DNA of 64,000 bases from assembly GCA_963851265.1 (NCBI GenBank), contig CAWKNZ010000003.1, positions 128,001 through 192,000 on the forward strand. The letters run 5' to 3'. Positions within the stretch are counted from its first letter, which is position 1, and every line of letters starts with the position of its first letter. Made by a program: the position numbers and the translations under genes. The DNA comes from an uncultured Gemmatimonadales bacterium. GTDB taxonomy: Bacteria > Gemmatimonadota > Gemmatimonadetes > Gemmatimonadales > Gemmatimonadaceae. Below, in pieces: positions 22,032 through 31,974 of the stretch. The notes under the pieces were generated by a model that ran no database searches, was not told where the DNA came from, and saw only the letters and a list, made by a program, of their open reading frames with translations.

Positions 22032-22301
22032 GTGTCCTATCAGCTCGTCGTCGACCTCGCCCGCAACGCGATCCTCCTCGCGCTCATGGTCGCTGGGCCA
22101 ATGCTCGTCGTCGCCCTCGGCGTCGGCCTCGTCGTCAGCATCGTCCAGGCGGTAACGCAGATCCAGGAGCAGACGCTCGCGTTCGTGCCGAAGCTCATCG
22201 CCGTCGCCGCGACGTTCCTGATCGCGCTACCGTGGGCGCTTCAGCTGATGGTGAAGTACACGACCGAGCTGTTCCGCTCGCTCCCGTCGTTCGTTCGCTA
22301 G
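22032..22301 (+). CDS. fliQ: Flagellar biosynthesis protein FliQ
   Basis: VGLVVSIVQAVTQIQEQTLAFVPKL. Confidence 0.95.
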   Translation: MSYQLVVDLARNAILLALMVAGPMLVVALGVGLVVSIVQAVTQIQEQTLAFVPKLIAVAATFLIALPWALQLMVKYTTELFRSLPSFVR

Positions 22302-22333
22302 CGCGCGCCCCGCCACACCGCCCGCGCGTGCCC

Positions 22334-23110
22334 GTGGACCTGTATGCGCCCGGCGTTCCGCAGGCGCTCGTGCTGCTCGCCGTGCGCCTGACGGGGTTGC
22401 TGCTCGTCGCGCCGGTGTTCTCGGCGCGCACGGTGCCGGTCCGCCTGCGCACCGCGTTCCTACTCGTTCTCACGCTCCTGCTCGCGCCGGCGGCGGTGGC
22501 CGCGCTCGGCCGGCGCGCGGCTGCCGTCACGGTCACGCCCGAAGCGTTCGCGGCCGAGTTGCTCGTCGGCGTCGCGCTCGGCTTCGGCGCGGCGGTCCTT
22601 ATCGGCGCGGTCGAGACGGCGGGCGACCTGATGTCGACCACCGTCGGACTTTCGGGTGCGGCGCTGCTCGACCCGATGACGGGCGCGTCGTCGCCTGTGC
22701 TCGCGCAGTTCTCGCAGCTGTTCGCGGTGACCGTGCTCCTCGCGCTCGACGGGCACCTCGTGATGCTCGACGCCGTGGCCGAGAGCGTGCGCGCGCTGCC
22801 CGTGGGCGGGCCGGTCGACCTGCGGGCCGGGCTCGCGGCGCTCGTCGCGTCGGGTTCGTCGCTCTTCCTGTTAGGCCTGCGCTTCGCCGCCCCGGCGATC
22901 GCGGCGTCGATGATCGGCAACACCGCGCTGGCCGTGCTCACGCGCGTCGCGCCGTCGATCAACGTGCTCACGGTGGCGTTCCCGCTGCAGGCCGCGCTGG
23001 GGCTGACGGCGGTGACCGCCGCCTTCGCGATGACGGCGACGTGGTTCGTCGGCTGGAGCGGGCACTACGGCGACGCGCTCGCCCGCGTCTTCGCCGCGTT
23101 GGCGCCGTGA
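22334..23110 (+). CDS. fliR: Flagellar biosynthesis protein FliR
   Basis: RLTGLLLVAPVFS, LALDGHL, RVAPSINVLTVAFP; between fliQ and flhB; start could be 22328. Confidence 0.92.
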   Translation: MDLYAPGVPQALVLLAVRLTGLLLVAPVFSARTVPVRLRTAFLLVLTLLLAPAAVAALGRRAAAVTVTPEAFAAELLVGVALGFGAAVLIGAVETAGDLMSTTVGLSGAALLDPMTGASSPVLAQFSQLFAVTVLLALDGHLVMLDAVAESVRALPVGGPVDLRAGLAALVASGSSLFLLGLRFAAPAIAASMIGNTALAVLTRVAPSINVLTVAFPLQAALGLTAVTAAFAMTATWFVGWSGHYGDALARVFAALAP

Positions 23111-23121
23111 GGCGGTAGGCG

Positions 23122-24213
23122 ATGGCCGAGACCGAACAGGAGAAGACCGAAGCCCCGAGCCAGCGGCGGCGCGACGACGCGGCGGACGAGGGGCGCGTCC
23201 CGCGCAGCCCCGAGGTGAACGCGGCCGCCCTGCTGCTCGCCTCGGCGCTCGCGTTCTCGGTGGCCGGGCCCGCGCTCGCGCAGTCGTTGCGCGACATCGT
23301 CGGCACGGGGCTCGGCTTTGGTGCCGCCGGTCAGCTCACGTCTGCGGGTGCGATCGAGCTGATCCGCGCGCTCGGGTGGAAGGCGATGGCGGGGAGCGCC
23401 GGGTTCCTTGCCGCGCTCTCGCTCACCGCGCTCGTCGTCGGCGCGGCGCAGGCCCGCGGCACCTTCACGCTGCAGCCGCTCGCCCCAAAATTCTCGCGGC
23501 TCAACCCGGCCGAGAACGCGAAGCGCGTGGTCGGCACGCAGGGGTTCGTCGAGCTCGGCAAGTCGCTCGTCAAGCTCGTCGTCGTCGGCTGGGCCGTGCG
23601 CGGCGTGCTCGAGGCCGCGTGGCCGGACGTGGTCGCGTTAGGCCAGGAGTCGCCGCGCGCGCTGCTCGAGGTGGCGCGCACGCACGGCATCAAGCTGTTC
23701 GTGCACGCGGGCACGGCCTACCTCGCGCTCGCCGGGGCGGACTACGGCTGGCAGCTCTGGCAGTTCGAGCAGTCGCTGCGGATGACGAAGGAGGAGGTCA
23801 AGCAGGAGTCGCGGCAGCAGGACGGCGATCCGATGGTGAAGCAGCGCATGCGCGCGCTCGCCCGGCAGCGCGCGCGGCGGCAGATGATGAAGGACGTGCC
23901 GAAGGCGGACGTCGTCGTCGTCAACCCGGTGCACATCGCCGTCGCGCTCCGCTACGACCCCGACGTCGCCCCGGCGCCGTACGTGGTCGCGCTCGGGCGC
24001 CGCAAGGTGGCCGAGCGGATCAAGGAGATCGCGTTCGCCTCGGGCGTGCCCGTGGTCGAGAACATCCCGCTCGCCCGCGCGCTGATCGCCGGCGTGCAGT
24101 TGGGCAGCATCATCCCCGCCGAACTCTACGTGGCGGTCGCCGAGGTGCTCGCGTTCGTCCTGCGCCGCCGCGGCGGCGCGCCGCAGCAGCCCACGGTCGA
24201 CGCGTCCGCGTGA
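23122..24213 (+). CDS. flhB: Flagellar export switch protein FlhB
   Basis: EKTEAPS, LRMTKEEVKQE..GDP, ADVVVVNPVH, ENIPLARAL. Confidence 0.95.
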   Translation: MAETEQEKTEAPSQRRRDDAADEGRVPRSPEVNAAALLLASALAFSVAGPALAQSLRDIVGTGLGFGAAGQLTSAGAIELIRALGWKAMAGSAGFLAALSLTALVVGAAQARGTFTLQPLAPKFSRLNPAENAKRVVGTQGFVELGKSLVKLVVVGWAVRGVLEAAWPDVVALGQESPRALLEVARTHGIKLFVHAGTAYLALAGADYGWQLWQFEQSLRMTKEEVKQESRQQDGDPMVKQRMRALARQRARRQMMKDVPKADVVVVNPVHIAVALRYDPDVAPAPYVVALGRRKVAERIKEIAFASGVPVVENIPLARALIAGVQLGSIIPAELYVAVAEVLAFVLRRRGGAPQQPTVDASA

Positions 24214-24253
24214 CCCGCGCCCGACGTCGGCCCCCCACGACCCCGATTCCGCA

Positions 24254-26341
24254 ATGAGTACCGCCGTCCTGCCCGCCGCCGAATCGGCCGGGAAGCGCCG
24301 CGCCGAGGCGGGCATGGCCTTCGCCGTGCTGCTCGTCGTGTCGCTGCTCGTGCTGCCGCTCCCCGGGGTGCTGCTCGACCTCGCGCTCGCGCTCTCGATC
24401 GGGCTGTCGCTCGTCGTGCTGCTCGTCGCGCTCTACACGCACGACCCGCTCGAGTTCAGCTCGTTCCCGGCGCTGCTGCTCGTGATGACGCTGTTCCGCC
24501 TCGCGCTCAACATCTCGAGCACGCGGTTGATCCTCAGCAAGGGCGAGGCGGGCAAGGTCATCCAGGCGTTCGGGCAGTTCATCATCGGCGGCAACTACGC
24601 CGTCGGCCTGGTCATCTTCCTCATCCTCATCGGCATCAACTTCGTCGTCATCACCAAGGGCGCGGGGCGCGTCGCCGAGGTGGCCGCGCGCTTCACGCTC
24701 GACGCGATGCCCGGCAAGCAGATGGCCATCGACGCCGACCTCGGCGCGGGGCTGATCGACGAGAAGGAGGCGCGCCGACGCCGCTCCGAGATCTCGCGCC
24801 TCGCCGACTTCCACGGCGCGATGGACGGTTCGTCCAAGTTCGTCAAGGGCGACGCGATCGCCGCGCTGCTGATCACCGGCGTCAACATCATCGGCGGCAT
24901 CTTCATCGGGGTCGTGCAGCGCGGCATGCCGATCGGCAAGGCGGCGGCGACGTACACCATCCTCACCGTCGGCGACGGGCTCGTGTCGCAGGTGCCGGCG
25001 CTCATCACGAGCACGGCCGCCGGCCTCATGGTCACCGCCGCCGGCCAGGAGGAGCGCATCGGGTCGGTGATCAGCGGGCAGCTCGGGGCCCACCCCCGCG
25101 CGATGTACCTCGCGGCCGGCGTGCTCGGCGCGTTCGCGATCGCGCCCGGCCTGCCCGCGGTCCCCTTCCTCGCCCTCGCCGGCGGGATGGGCGCGTTAGG
25201 CCGCGTCGCCGACACGGCGCAGAAGCGCCAGCGCGCCGTGGTCCAGCGCGCCGCCGAGACGCCCGTCGAGGCGCCCCCGCCGCCGCCCGACCCGATGAAG
25301 GACCTGCTCCAGCTCGACCCGATCGAGCTCGAGGTCGGCTACGCGCTCATCCCGCTCGTCGACGAGAAGCAGGGCGGCGACCTCCTCGAGCGCATCTCGC
25401 TCCTGCGCAAGCAGAGCGCGCTCGAACTCGGCATCCTCATCCCGCCCATCCGCATCCGCGACGACATCCGCCTGCCGAGCAACGAGTACCTCGTCAAGCT
25501 GCGCGGCTCGGAGTGCGCGCGCGCCGAGGTGCTGCCGCGCTTCCTCATGGCGCTCGACACCGGCGGCGTGGTGCAGCAGGTCGACGGCATGGACACGATC
25601 GACCCGAGCTTCGGGATGCCCGCCAAGTGGATTCCGGCATCACGCCGCCAGGACGCCGAGGCGAACGGCTACGTCGTCGTCGAGCCGACCACGGTCGTCG
25701 CCACGCACCTCATCGAGGTGCTCAAGGGGAACGCCGCCGAACTGCTCGGCCGCCAGGACGTGCAGGAGATGGTCGAGACGCTCAAGAAGTCGCACCCCGC
25801 GCTCGTCGACGAGGTGGTGCCCAACAAGATCTCGCTCGGCACGCTCCACCGCGTGCTGCAGCGGCTGCTGCGCGAACGCATCCCCATCCGCGACCTCGTC
25901 ACGATCCTCGAGGCGCTGGGCGACGCGGCCGACACGACCAAGGACCCGGAGCACCTCACGGAGCACGCGCGCCGCGCGCTCGCCAACGTGATCGCGCGCC
26001 TGTTCGCCGACCCGACCGGGGCGGTACGCGGCGTGACGTTAGGCCCGAAGCTCGAGCAGGCGCTCGCGGCGCTGTTCTCGCCCCGTGCCGGGCAGCAGCA
26101 GCAGGCCATGGCGCTGCTCACGCCGGACGGGCTCGCGGGCATGCTGCGCGACCTCAACGCGCAGGCCGTCGCGGGCTCGGTCGACGGGCGGCCGCTGCCG
26201 CTCATCGTCCCGCCGTCGTTGCGCGTGGGCGTGCGCCGGCTGGTCGAGCCGGTGCTTCCCGCGCTGCCGGTCGTCTCGCTCGCCGAGCTGCCGGCGCACG
26301 TGACGCTCCAGAGCGAGGGCGTGTGGGAGATGAGCGGATAG
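24254..26341 (+). CDS. flhA: Flagellar export gate protein FlhA
   Basis: RVAEVAARFTLDAMPGKQMAIDADL, GAMDGSSKFVKGDA. Confidence 0.97.
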   Translation: MSTAVLPAAESAGKRRAEAGMAFAVLLVVSLLVLPLPGVLLDLALALSIGLSLVVLLVALYTHDPLEFSSFPALLLVMTLFRLALNISSTRLILSKGEAGKVIQAFGQFIIGGNYAVGLVIFLILIGINFVVITKGAGRVAEVAARFTLDAMPGKQMAIDADLGAGLIDEKEARRRRSEISRLADFHGAMDGSSKFVKGDAIAALLITGVNIIGGIFIGVVQRGMPIGKAAATYTILTVGDGLVSQVPALITSTAAGLMVTAAGQEERIGSVISGQLGAHPRAMYLAAGVLGAFAIAPGLPAVPFLALAGGMGALGRVADTAQKRQRAVVQRAAETPVEAPPPPPDPMKDLLQLDPIELEVGYALIPLVDEKQGGDLLERISLLRKQSALELGILIPPIRIRDDIRLPSNEYLVKLRGSECARAEVLPRFLMALDTGGVVQQVDGMDTIDPSFGMPAKWIPASRRQDAEANGYVVVEPTTVVATHLIEVLKGNAAELLGRQDVQEMVETLKKSHPALVDEVVPNKISLGTLHRVLQRLLRERIPIRDLVTILEALGDAADTTKDPEHLTEHARRALANVIARLFADPTGAVRGVTLGPKLEQALAALFSPRAGQQQQAMALLTPDGLAGMLRDLNAQAVAGSVDGRPLPLIVPPSLRVGVRRLVEPVLPALPVVSLAELPAHVTLQSEGVWEMSG

Positions 26342-26420
26342 ACCAGCGCACGGCCCGGCGCGTGGCGCGGCCGGTCGCCACATTGCAGGCGAGCCACCAG
26401 CCACCGCGCCCGCTCCGCCC

Positions 26421-27716
26421 ATGCCGCACCGCCCGCCCGCCCCCCTCGACCCCGAAGAGCGCCTCGACGTCGACGCCGTCCGCGCGCTGCAGCTCGAGCG
26501 ACTGCGGGCCACGCTGCACCGCGCCTACGACGCCGTCCCGCACTACCGCGCGGCGTTCGCGGCGGCGGGCGCGCACCCGGACGACGTGCGTACGCTCGAC
26601 CACCTCGCGCGGCTGCCGTTCACGACCAAGGCCGACCTGCGCGCCGCCTATCCGTTCGGCATGCTCGCGGTGCCGCGCGAACGGCTCGCGCGCGTCCACG
26701 CGTCCACCGGCACCACCGGCCAGCCGACGATCGTCGGCTACACCGCGGCCGACGTCGAGACGTGGGCGCGGCTCGTCGCGCGTTCGCTGCGTGCCGCGGG
26801 CGTGCGCCCGGGCGACCTCGTGCACGTGGCCTACGGCTACGGCCTGTTCACCGGCGGACTCGGGCTGCATTACGGCGCCGAGCGCCTCGGCTGCACGGTC
26901 GTGCCGGCGGGCGGCGGGCAGACGGAGAAGCAGGTGCGCCTCATCGGCGACCTGCGCCCCGACGCGATCTGCGTCACGCCGTCGTACATGCTCGCGCTCG
27001 GCGAAGAATTCGTGCGGCAGGGGCTCGACCCGCGCGAGAGTTCGCTCCGCGTGGGGATCCACGGCGCGGAGCCCTGGTCGGACGGCATCCGCCGGGAGAT
27101 CGAGGCGCGGTTCGCACTCGACGCGGTCGACATCTACGGCCTGTCCGAAGTGATGGGCCCCGGCGTCGCGATGGAGTGCGTCGAGACCAAGGACGGGCCG
27201 CACGTCTGGGAAGACCATTTCTACCCCGAGATCGTCGACCCCGAGACCGGCGCCGTGTTGCCCGAGGGTGCGACGGGCGAACTGGTACTCACCACGCTCA
27301 CGCGCGACGCGATGCCGCTCGTCCGCTATCGCACGCGTGACCTGACCGCGCTGCACCGGGGCACCGCCCGCCCGGGCATGCGCCGCCTCGCGCGCATTCG
27401 CGCGCGGAGCGACGACATGCTGATCGTGCGGGGCGTGAACGTCTTCCCGTCGCAACTCGAGGAGCTGCTGCTCCGCGACGCGCGGTGCAGCCCGCACTGG
27501 CTCGTCGAGGTGCGCCGCGCGGGTACCCTCGACGAGCTCACGCTCGTGGCCGAACTCGCGCCGGGGTGCGACGACGCCGACGCGGTCGCCGCCGCGCTGG
27601 CCGCGCGCGTGAAGGACGTCGTCGGCGTGAGCGCCCGAGTGCGCGCCGTCGCCGCGGGCTCGCTCGAGCGCTCGGCGGGCAAGGCCCGCCGGGTCGTCGA
27701 CCTGCGCTCGTCCTGA
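26421..27716 (+). CDS. paaK: Phenylacetate-CoA ligase
   Basis: HASTGTTG, YGLFTGG, DIYGLSEVMGPGVA, EDHFYPE, RSDDMLIVRGVNVFPSQ. Confidence 0.92.
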   Translation: MPHRPPAPLDPEERLDVDAVRALQLERLRATLHRAYDAVPHYRAAFAAAGAHPDDVRTLDHLARLPFTTKADLRAAYPFGMLAVPRERLARVHASTGTTGQPTIVGYTAADVETWARLVARSLRAAGVRPGDLVHVAYGYGLFTGGLGLHYGAERLGCTVVPAGGGQTEKQVRLIGDLRPDAICVTPSYMLALGEEFVRQGLDPRESSLRVGIHGAEPWSDGIRREIEARFALDAVDIYGLSEVMGPGVAMECVETKDGPHVWEDHFYPEIVDPETGAVLPEGATGELVLTTLTRDAMPLVRYRTRDLTALHRGTARPGMRRLARIRARSDDMLIVRGVNVFPSQLEELLLRDARCSPHWLVEVRRAGTLDELTLVAELAPGCDDADAVAAALAARVKDVVGVSARVRAVAAGSLERSAGKARRVVDLRSS

Positions 27717-28073
27717 CGCACGGGCGTGCTCGCGCGCGACGCGCGTTCCGTTCGCGCGGCCGCCGCGTGCGCGAGGACGACGCGGGACCGGGCCCGCGCG
27801 CTGCCCTAGGCGCCGCGCGGCACCTCGCCTAACGCTTCGGCGGTCGCGCCGTCGTCGCGCCCGCGGTTCGGCGCGACCGCGAGGGCACGGCGGCGACGCA
27901 CGCCCTCACCGACGCCGCGGCCCGCGTGCGGCGCCGCGCGGGGAGGCTCGGCACCACCGCCGATTTTGCGCGGCCGCCCGTCGGTCGTCCTGTGACCGAT
28001 CTCACTGTGGCACCTCGCCACCGTCGCGCGCGCGCCGTAGCCGCGCCGCGACATCGCCCCCCGCCCGCCCGCC

Positions 28074-28970
28074 GTGAGCTACCCGTCTCTTGCCCAACGC
28101 GCCGCGACGCCCGCCCGTTCGGGCGGTGCGGCCGCCGTGCGCGGGGTGGACGGTCCGCTGCCGCAGATCCTCGTCGCCGCGAGCGGCGCGACGCGCTGCG
28201 GCACCACGCTCGCGAGCGCCCTGGTGGCGGTCACCGCGTCCGCGCTCGGCCGCAACGTGCTGCTCGTCGACGCGACGCAGTCCGGGGGGATGCTGCCGCT
28301 GCTCGGCGCGCCAGCGTCTCCGCCGTTCGCCGCGGTGAGCCCCACACTCACCGCGGCCGCGGCCGACGTCGCGGCGCTCGTGCCGCTGTTCGAAGCGGGG
28401 CCGGTGTCGACCGGCGACGCCGTGCTCGTCGACGCCGGCGCGCGACTCGGCAACGTGTTGGGCGCGCTCGCCGCGGCCCTCGCGGCCGGGGTCACGCCCG
28501 GGCTCCTGGTCGTGACCGGAACCGAGGCCGCGCAGCTCGCTGCCGCGTACGCGCTCATCAAGATCGCCGCCGAGCGCGGCCTGAGTGCCGCCACCGAGGT
28601 GGTGATCGTCGGTGGAGACGAGGCGGAAGCGCGCGACGCGTTCGCGCTCCTCACCGCCGGCGTCCGCCGCTTCCTCGACCGTCCCCTCGCGCTCGCCGCG
28701 CACGTCCCCGAAGACCCGTCGCTCGCCGTCGCGCTCTCGGCGGGCATGTCCGTCCACGACGCCGCCGCGGGCTCGCCCGCGGCGGCCGCCCTCACCGACC
28801 TCGCGGGGCGGTGGGCGGCGTCCGCGCCGGCGCCGGCCGCGGGCGCGCCTAACGAATCCGCGCGCGCGGCGCGCACCTCCCGCCCGCAGCCCGCCGCGTC
28901 CCCGCCCCGCCGGCCCGCCGTTCCCGGCCTCTCCGGCCCCCTCGCCTTCGCCGCCGCACCCGCGCGATGA
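28074..28970 (+). CDS. FlhG/FleN (MinD-like) protein with degenerate P-loop
   Basis: GRNVLLVDA, VLVDAGA, AYALIK, VPEDPSL; overlaps fliA start; Walker A KGGVGKT absent. Confidence 0.7.
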   Translation: MSYPSLAQRAATPARSGGAAAVRGVDGPLPQILVAASGATRCGTTLASALVAVTASALGRNVLLVDATQSGGMLPLLGAPASPPFAAVSPTLTAAAADVAALVPLFEAGPVSTGDAVLVDAGARLGNVLGALAAALAAGVTPGLLVVTGTEAAQLAAAYALIKIAAERGLSAATEVVIVGGDEAEARDAFALLTAGVRRFLDRPLALAAHVPEDPSLAVALSAGMSVHDAAAGSPAAAALTDLAGRWAASAPAPAAGAPNESARAARTSRPQPAASPPRRPAVPGLSGPLAFAAAPAR

Positions 28971-29797
28971 CCACCGCCGCTTCCACGCCCCGCACGCGCT
29001 CCGCCCGCTCGGCGCCGCTCCGTCCCGCCGCCGGCGACGAGCCCAACTGGTGGGCCCGCATGGCCGCCGGCGACATCGACGCGCGCAACCACCTCATCAC
29101 CGAGCACCTCGGCCTCGTGCACCACGTCGCGCGGCAGATGTCGCGCACGCTCGCCGTGAAGGCCGACTTCGACGAGTTGGTCAGCGCGGGCACGATGGGG
29201 CTGATGGCCGCGCTCGAGGCGTTCGACCACAGCCGCGGGCTCGCCTTCAGCACGTTCGCCGCGCCGCGCATCCGCGGCTCGATCCTCGACGACCTGCGCC
29301 GCCAGGATCACGTCCCGCGCTCGGTGCGCCGCAAGACTCGCGAGATCCACGCCGCGCGCGAGACGCTCATGCGCGTGCTCGGGCGCGCGCCCGAGGACGC
29401 GGAAGTCGCCGAGCACCTCGGCGTCGACCTGGCGACGCTCTGGAAGTGGAAGGGCGACATCGAGAGCGCGCACCAGGTGCCGCTCGAGCGCGGGCCGAGC
29501 GACCGCGACGGCGCGACCCCCGCGCCGGCCGACGTGCTCGCGCACGACGAGCAGAAGGGCGGCGTCGAGGAGCGCATCAACCACGAGCAGGAGGTCGCCA
29601 TCCTCCGCGACGCGATCCTGCAGTTGAAGGAGCAGGAGCGCGTCGTACTGTCGCTCTACTACTTCGAGGAGCTCAAGCTGCACGAGATCGCGACGGTGCT
29701 TGAACTCACCGAGAGCCGCGTCTCGCAGATCCGCAGCAAGGCGCTGGTCAAGCTGCGCGGCCAACTCGGCCCGCTGCGCGGGGCGCGCGCGGCGTAA
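28967..29797 (+). CDS. fliA: RNA polymerase sigma-28 factor FliA/WhiG
   Basis: ELVSAGTMGL, FSTFAAPRIRGSILDDLR..DHVPRSVR, LYYFEEL..EIA..LTESRVSQI. Confidence 0.95.
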   Translation: MTTAASTPRTRSARSAPLRPAAGDEPNWWARMAAGDIDARNHLITEHLGLVHHVARQMSRTLAVKADFDELVSAGTMGLMAALEAFDHSRGLAFSTFAAPRIRGSILDDLRRQDHVPRSVRRKTREIHAARETLMRVLGRAPEDAEVAEHLGVDLATLWKWKGDIESAHQVPLERGPSDRDGATPAPADVLAHDEQKGGVEERINHEQEVAILRDAILQLKEQERVVLSLYYFEELKLHEIATVLELTESRVSQIRSKALVKLRGQLGPLRGARAA

Positions 29798-29812
29798 ACG
29801 CGCCGCGTCATG

Positions 29813-29874
29813 GCGCACGACGACGCGCGGGGCGCGGCGGGTCGACCCGCCGCGCCCCGCGCGTCGTCGTGCGC
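29813..29874. repeat. Perfect 62-bp palindrome with no spacer, 15 bp after fliA stop
   Basis: 31-nt arm GCGCACGACGACGCGCGGGGCGCGGCGGGTC followed directly by its exact reverse complement. Confidence 0.95.
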
Positions 29875-29958
29875 GCTTGACGGGGAGCCGCGCCGCGGGC
29901 AAGCTGCGGGGCCGCGGGCCGTCGCCCGCGCCTTCCGCCGACGCAGCCCGCACCACCC

Positions 29959-31809
29959 ATGCCCCGCCCGATCTCGTTCGTCGTCCTCGCCGCGGTCTCG
30001 CTGTTCGCGGCCGCGCCCGCCCGCGCGCAGGGCGCCCCGACCGCCACGTCGGCGGCGCCCGCGGCGCGCCGCGTGACCCGCGGGGGCGGGCTGCCCCGGG
30101 CCTTCGCCGGCGCCGACGCGCCGCAACGCGCCTGGTGGAAGGAGGCGGTCGTCTATCAGATCTACCCGCGCTCGTTCCAGGACACGAACGGCGACGGCGT
30201 CGGCGACCTCCGGGGGATCATCCGGCACCTCGACTACGTCAAGTCGCTCGGCGTCGACGTCGTCTGGCTCAACCCGATCTACGGATCGCCTAACGACGAC
30301 AACGGCTACGACATCAGCGACTACCGCGCCATCATGGCGCAGATGGGTACGATGGCCGACTTCGACGCCATGCTCAAGGGCATGCACGCGCGCGGCATCA
30401 AGCTCGTCATGGACCTGGTCGTCAATCACTCGAGCGACGAGCACCGCTGGTTCGAGGCGTCGCGGCGGAGCCGCACGAATCCGTACCGCGACTACTACCA
30501 TTGGTGGCCGGCCGAGAAGGGCACGCCGCCCAAGCGCGCCAGCTTCTTCGACGTGAACGGCGACGCGTGGCGCTACGACTCGACGACCAACGCGTACTAC
30601 CTCCACTACTTCAGCCGCAAGCAGCCCGACCTGAAGTGGGAGAACCCGAAAGTCCGGCGGGAAGTCTACGACCTCATGAAGTTCTGGTTCGACAAGGGCG
30701 TCGACGGCTTCCGCATGGACGTGATCCCGTTCATCTCCAAGGACACCACGTACCCGCCGATGCCGGCCGAGTACGGCGGCGACTGGGGCCGCTTCTACGC
30801 CAGCGGCCCGCACCTGCACGAGTACCTGCACGAGATGAACCGGCAGGTGCTGAGCAAGTACGACGTGATGACCGTGGGCGAGGGCGCCGGCGTGCAGATT
30901 GGCGACGCGCTCAAGTTCGTCGACCCGGCGCGGCAGGAGCTGCAGACGTTCTACCACTTCGACGTGCAGGGGTGGGGTCGCAACGCCAAGGACGGCGCGT
31001 ACCCCGACAGCGGCAACCGCCGCCTCCCCGACCTCAAGGCGATCTTCACGCGTTGGGACTCGGTCTTCGCCGACCGCGGGTGGGGCACGGTGTACTGGGG
31101 CACGCACGACCAGGCCCGCGCCGTGAGCCGCTTCGGCAACGACGCGCCGGCGTACCGCGTGCCGTCGGCCGAGATGCTCCACACGCTGCTGCTCACCATG
31201 CGCGCGACGCCGTACATCTACAACGGCGACGAGATCGGGATGACCAACCCGCGCCTCGCGCGCATCGAAGACTACCGCGACATCGAGACGCGCAACCGGT
31301 ACACGCGGATGCAGCGCGAGGGCGTGGGCCCGGACTCGCTGCGCGCGTTCGTCCGCGGGCAGGCCGAAGTCGCGCGCGAGAACGGCCGCACGCCGATGCA
31401 GTGGACCGCCGGGCCCAACGCGGGGTTCACGACCGGCACGCCGTGGCTCGGCGTCAATTCGAACCATGACGCCATCAACGTCGCGGCCGCGGAGCGCGAC
31501 ACGGGGTCGGTGCTGCACTACTTCCGGCGCATGGTCGCGCTGCGCAAGTCCGAGCCGGCGCTCGTCTACGGTCGTTACCAGCTGCTGGACCGCGACAACC
31601 CCGACGTCTTCACGTACACGCGGACCCTGAACGGGCGCACGCTCCTCGTGGCGCTCAGCTTCAGCACGGGGGGCGGTCGGACGGCGATCCCGGCCGGTTA
31701 CGCCGTCGGGCGCACCCTCATCAACAACCTCGCGAGCGCGCCGGTGCAGGGCGGCGCGCTGGTCCTGCAGCCGTACCAGGCGGTCGTGATGGAGCTGCAG
31801 AAGCGCTGA
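29959..31809 (+). CDS. GH13 alpha-glucosidase/oligo-1,6-glucosidase with signal peptide
   Basis: WWKEAVVYQIYPRSF, DLVVNH, QPDL, GFRMD, THDQ, RTPMQW. Confidence 0.93.
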   Translation: MPRPISFVVLAAVSLFAAAPARAQGAPTATSAAPAARRVTRGGGLPRAFAGADAPQRAWWKEAVVYQIYPRSFQDTNGDGVGDLRGIIRHLDYVKSLGVDVVWLNPIYGSPNDDNGYDISDYRAIMAQMGTMADFDAMLKGMHARGIKLVMDLVVNHSSDEHRWFEASRRSRTNPYRDYYHWWPAEKGTPPKRASFFDVNGDAWRYDSTTNAYYLHYFSRKQPDLKWENPKVRREVYDLMKFWFDKGVDGFRMDVIPFISKDTTYPPMPAEYGGDWGRFYASGPHLHEYLHEMNRQVLSKYDVMTVGEGAGVQIGDALKFVDPARQELQTFYHFDVQGWGRNAKDGAYPDSGNRRLPDLKAIFTRWDSVFADRGWGTVYWGTHDQARAVSRFGNDAPAYRVPSAEMLHTLLLTMRATPYIYNGDEIGMTNPRLARIEDYRDIETRNRYTRMQREGVGPDSLRAFVRGQAEVARENGRTPMQWTAGPNAGFTTGTPWLGVNSNHDAINVAAAERDTGSVLHYFRRMVALRKSEPALVYGRYQLLDRDNPDVFTYTRTLNGRTLLVALSFSTGGGRTAIPAGYAVGRTLINNLASAPVQGGALVLQPYQAVVMELQKR

Positions 31810-31825
31810 CGTCGGCGCGGGTGAC

Positions 31826-31961
31826 CGGCAGCTCCGGCCGGGCGGGCAATTCATGCCGCCCGGCGAACCCGGTCAGTGCCGGCGGCGTCGTCCCGTAAGT
31901 CGTTTCTTGACAATCTGTTACCCGGCAGGCGCGGACACTTGGACTCGGGCGTGTGGCTTGC
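31826..31961 (+). promoter_or_regulatory. Putative sigma-54 promoter of flgF operon
   Basis: CGGCA-GCTCC-GGCCG 31826, GGGCA-ATTCA-TGCCG 31844, 25-bp element 31896-31920, GG-CGTGTGGCTT-GC 31948-31961. Confidence 0.65.
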
Positions 31962-31974
31962 CTTCACCCGTGGC

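Noticed and set aside
28008..28022. TGGCAC as a sigma-54 site before the flhG-like gene
   Set aside because: No GC at the -12 position.
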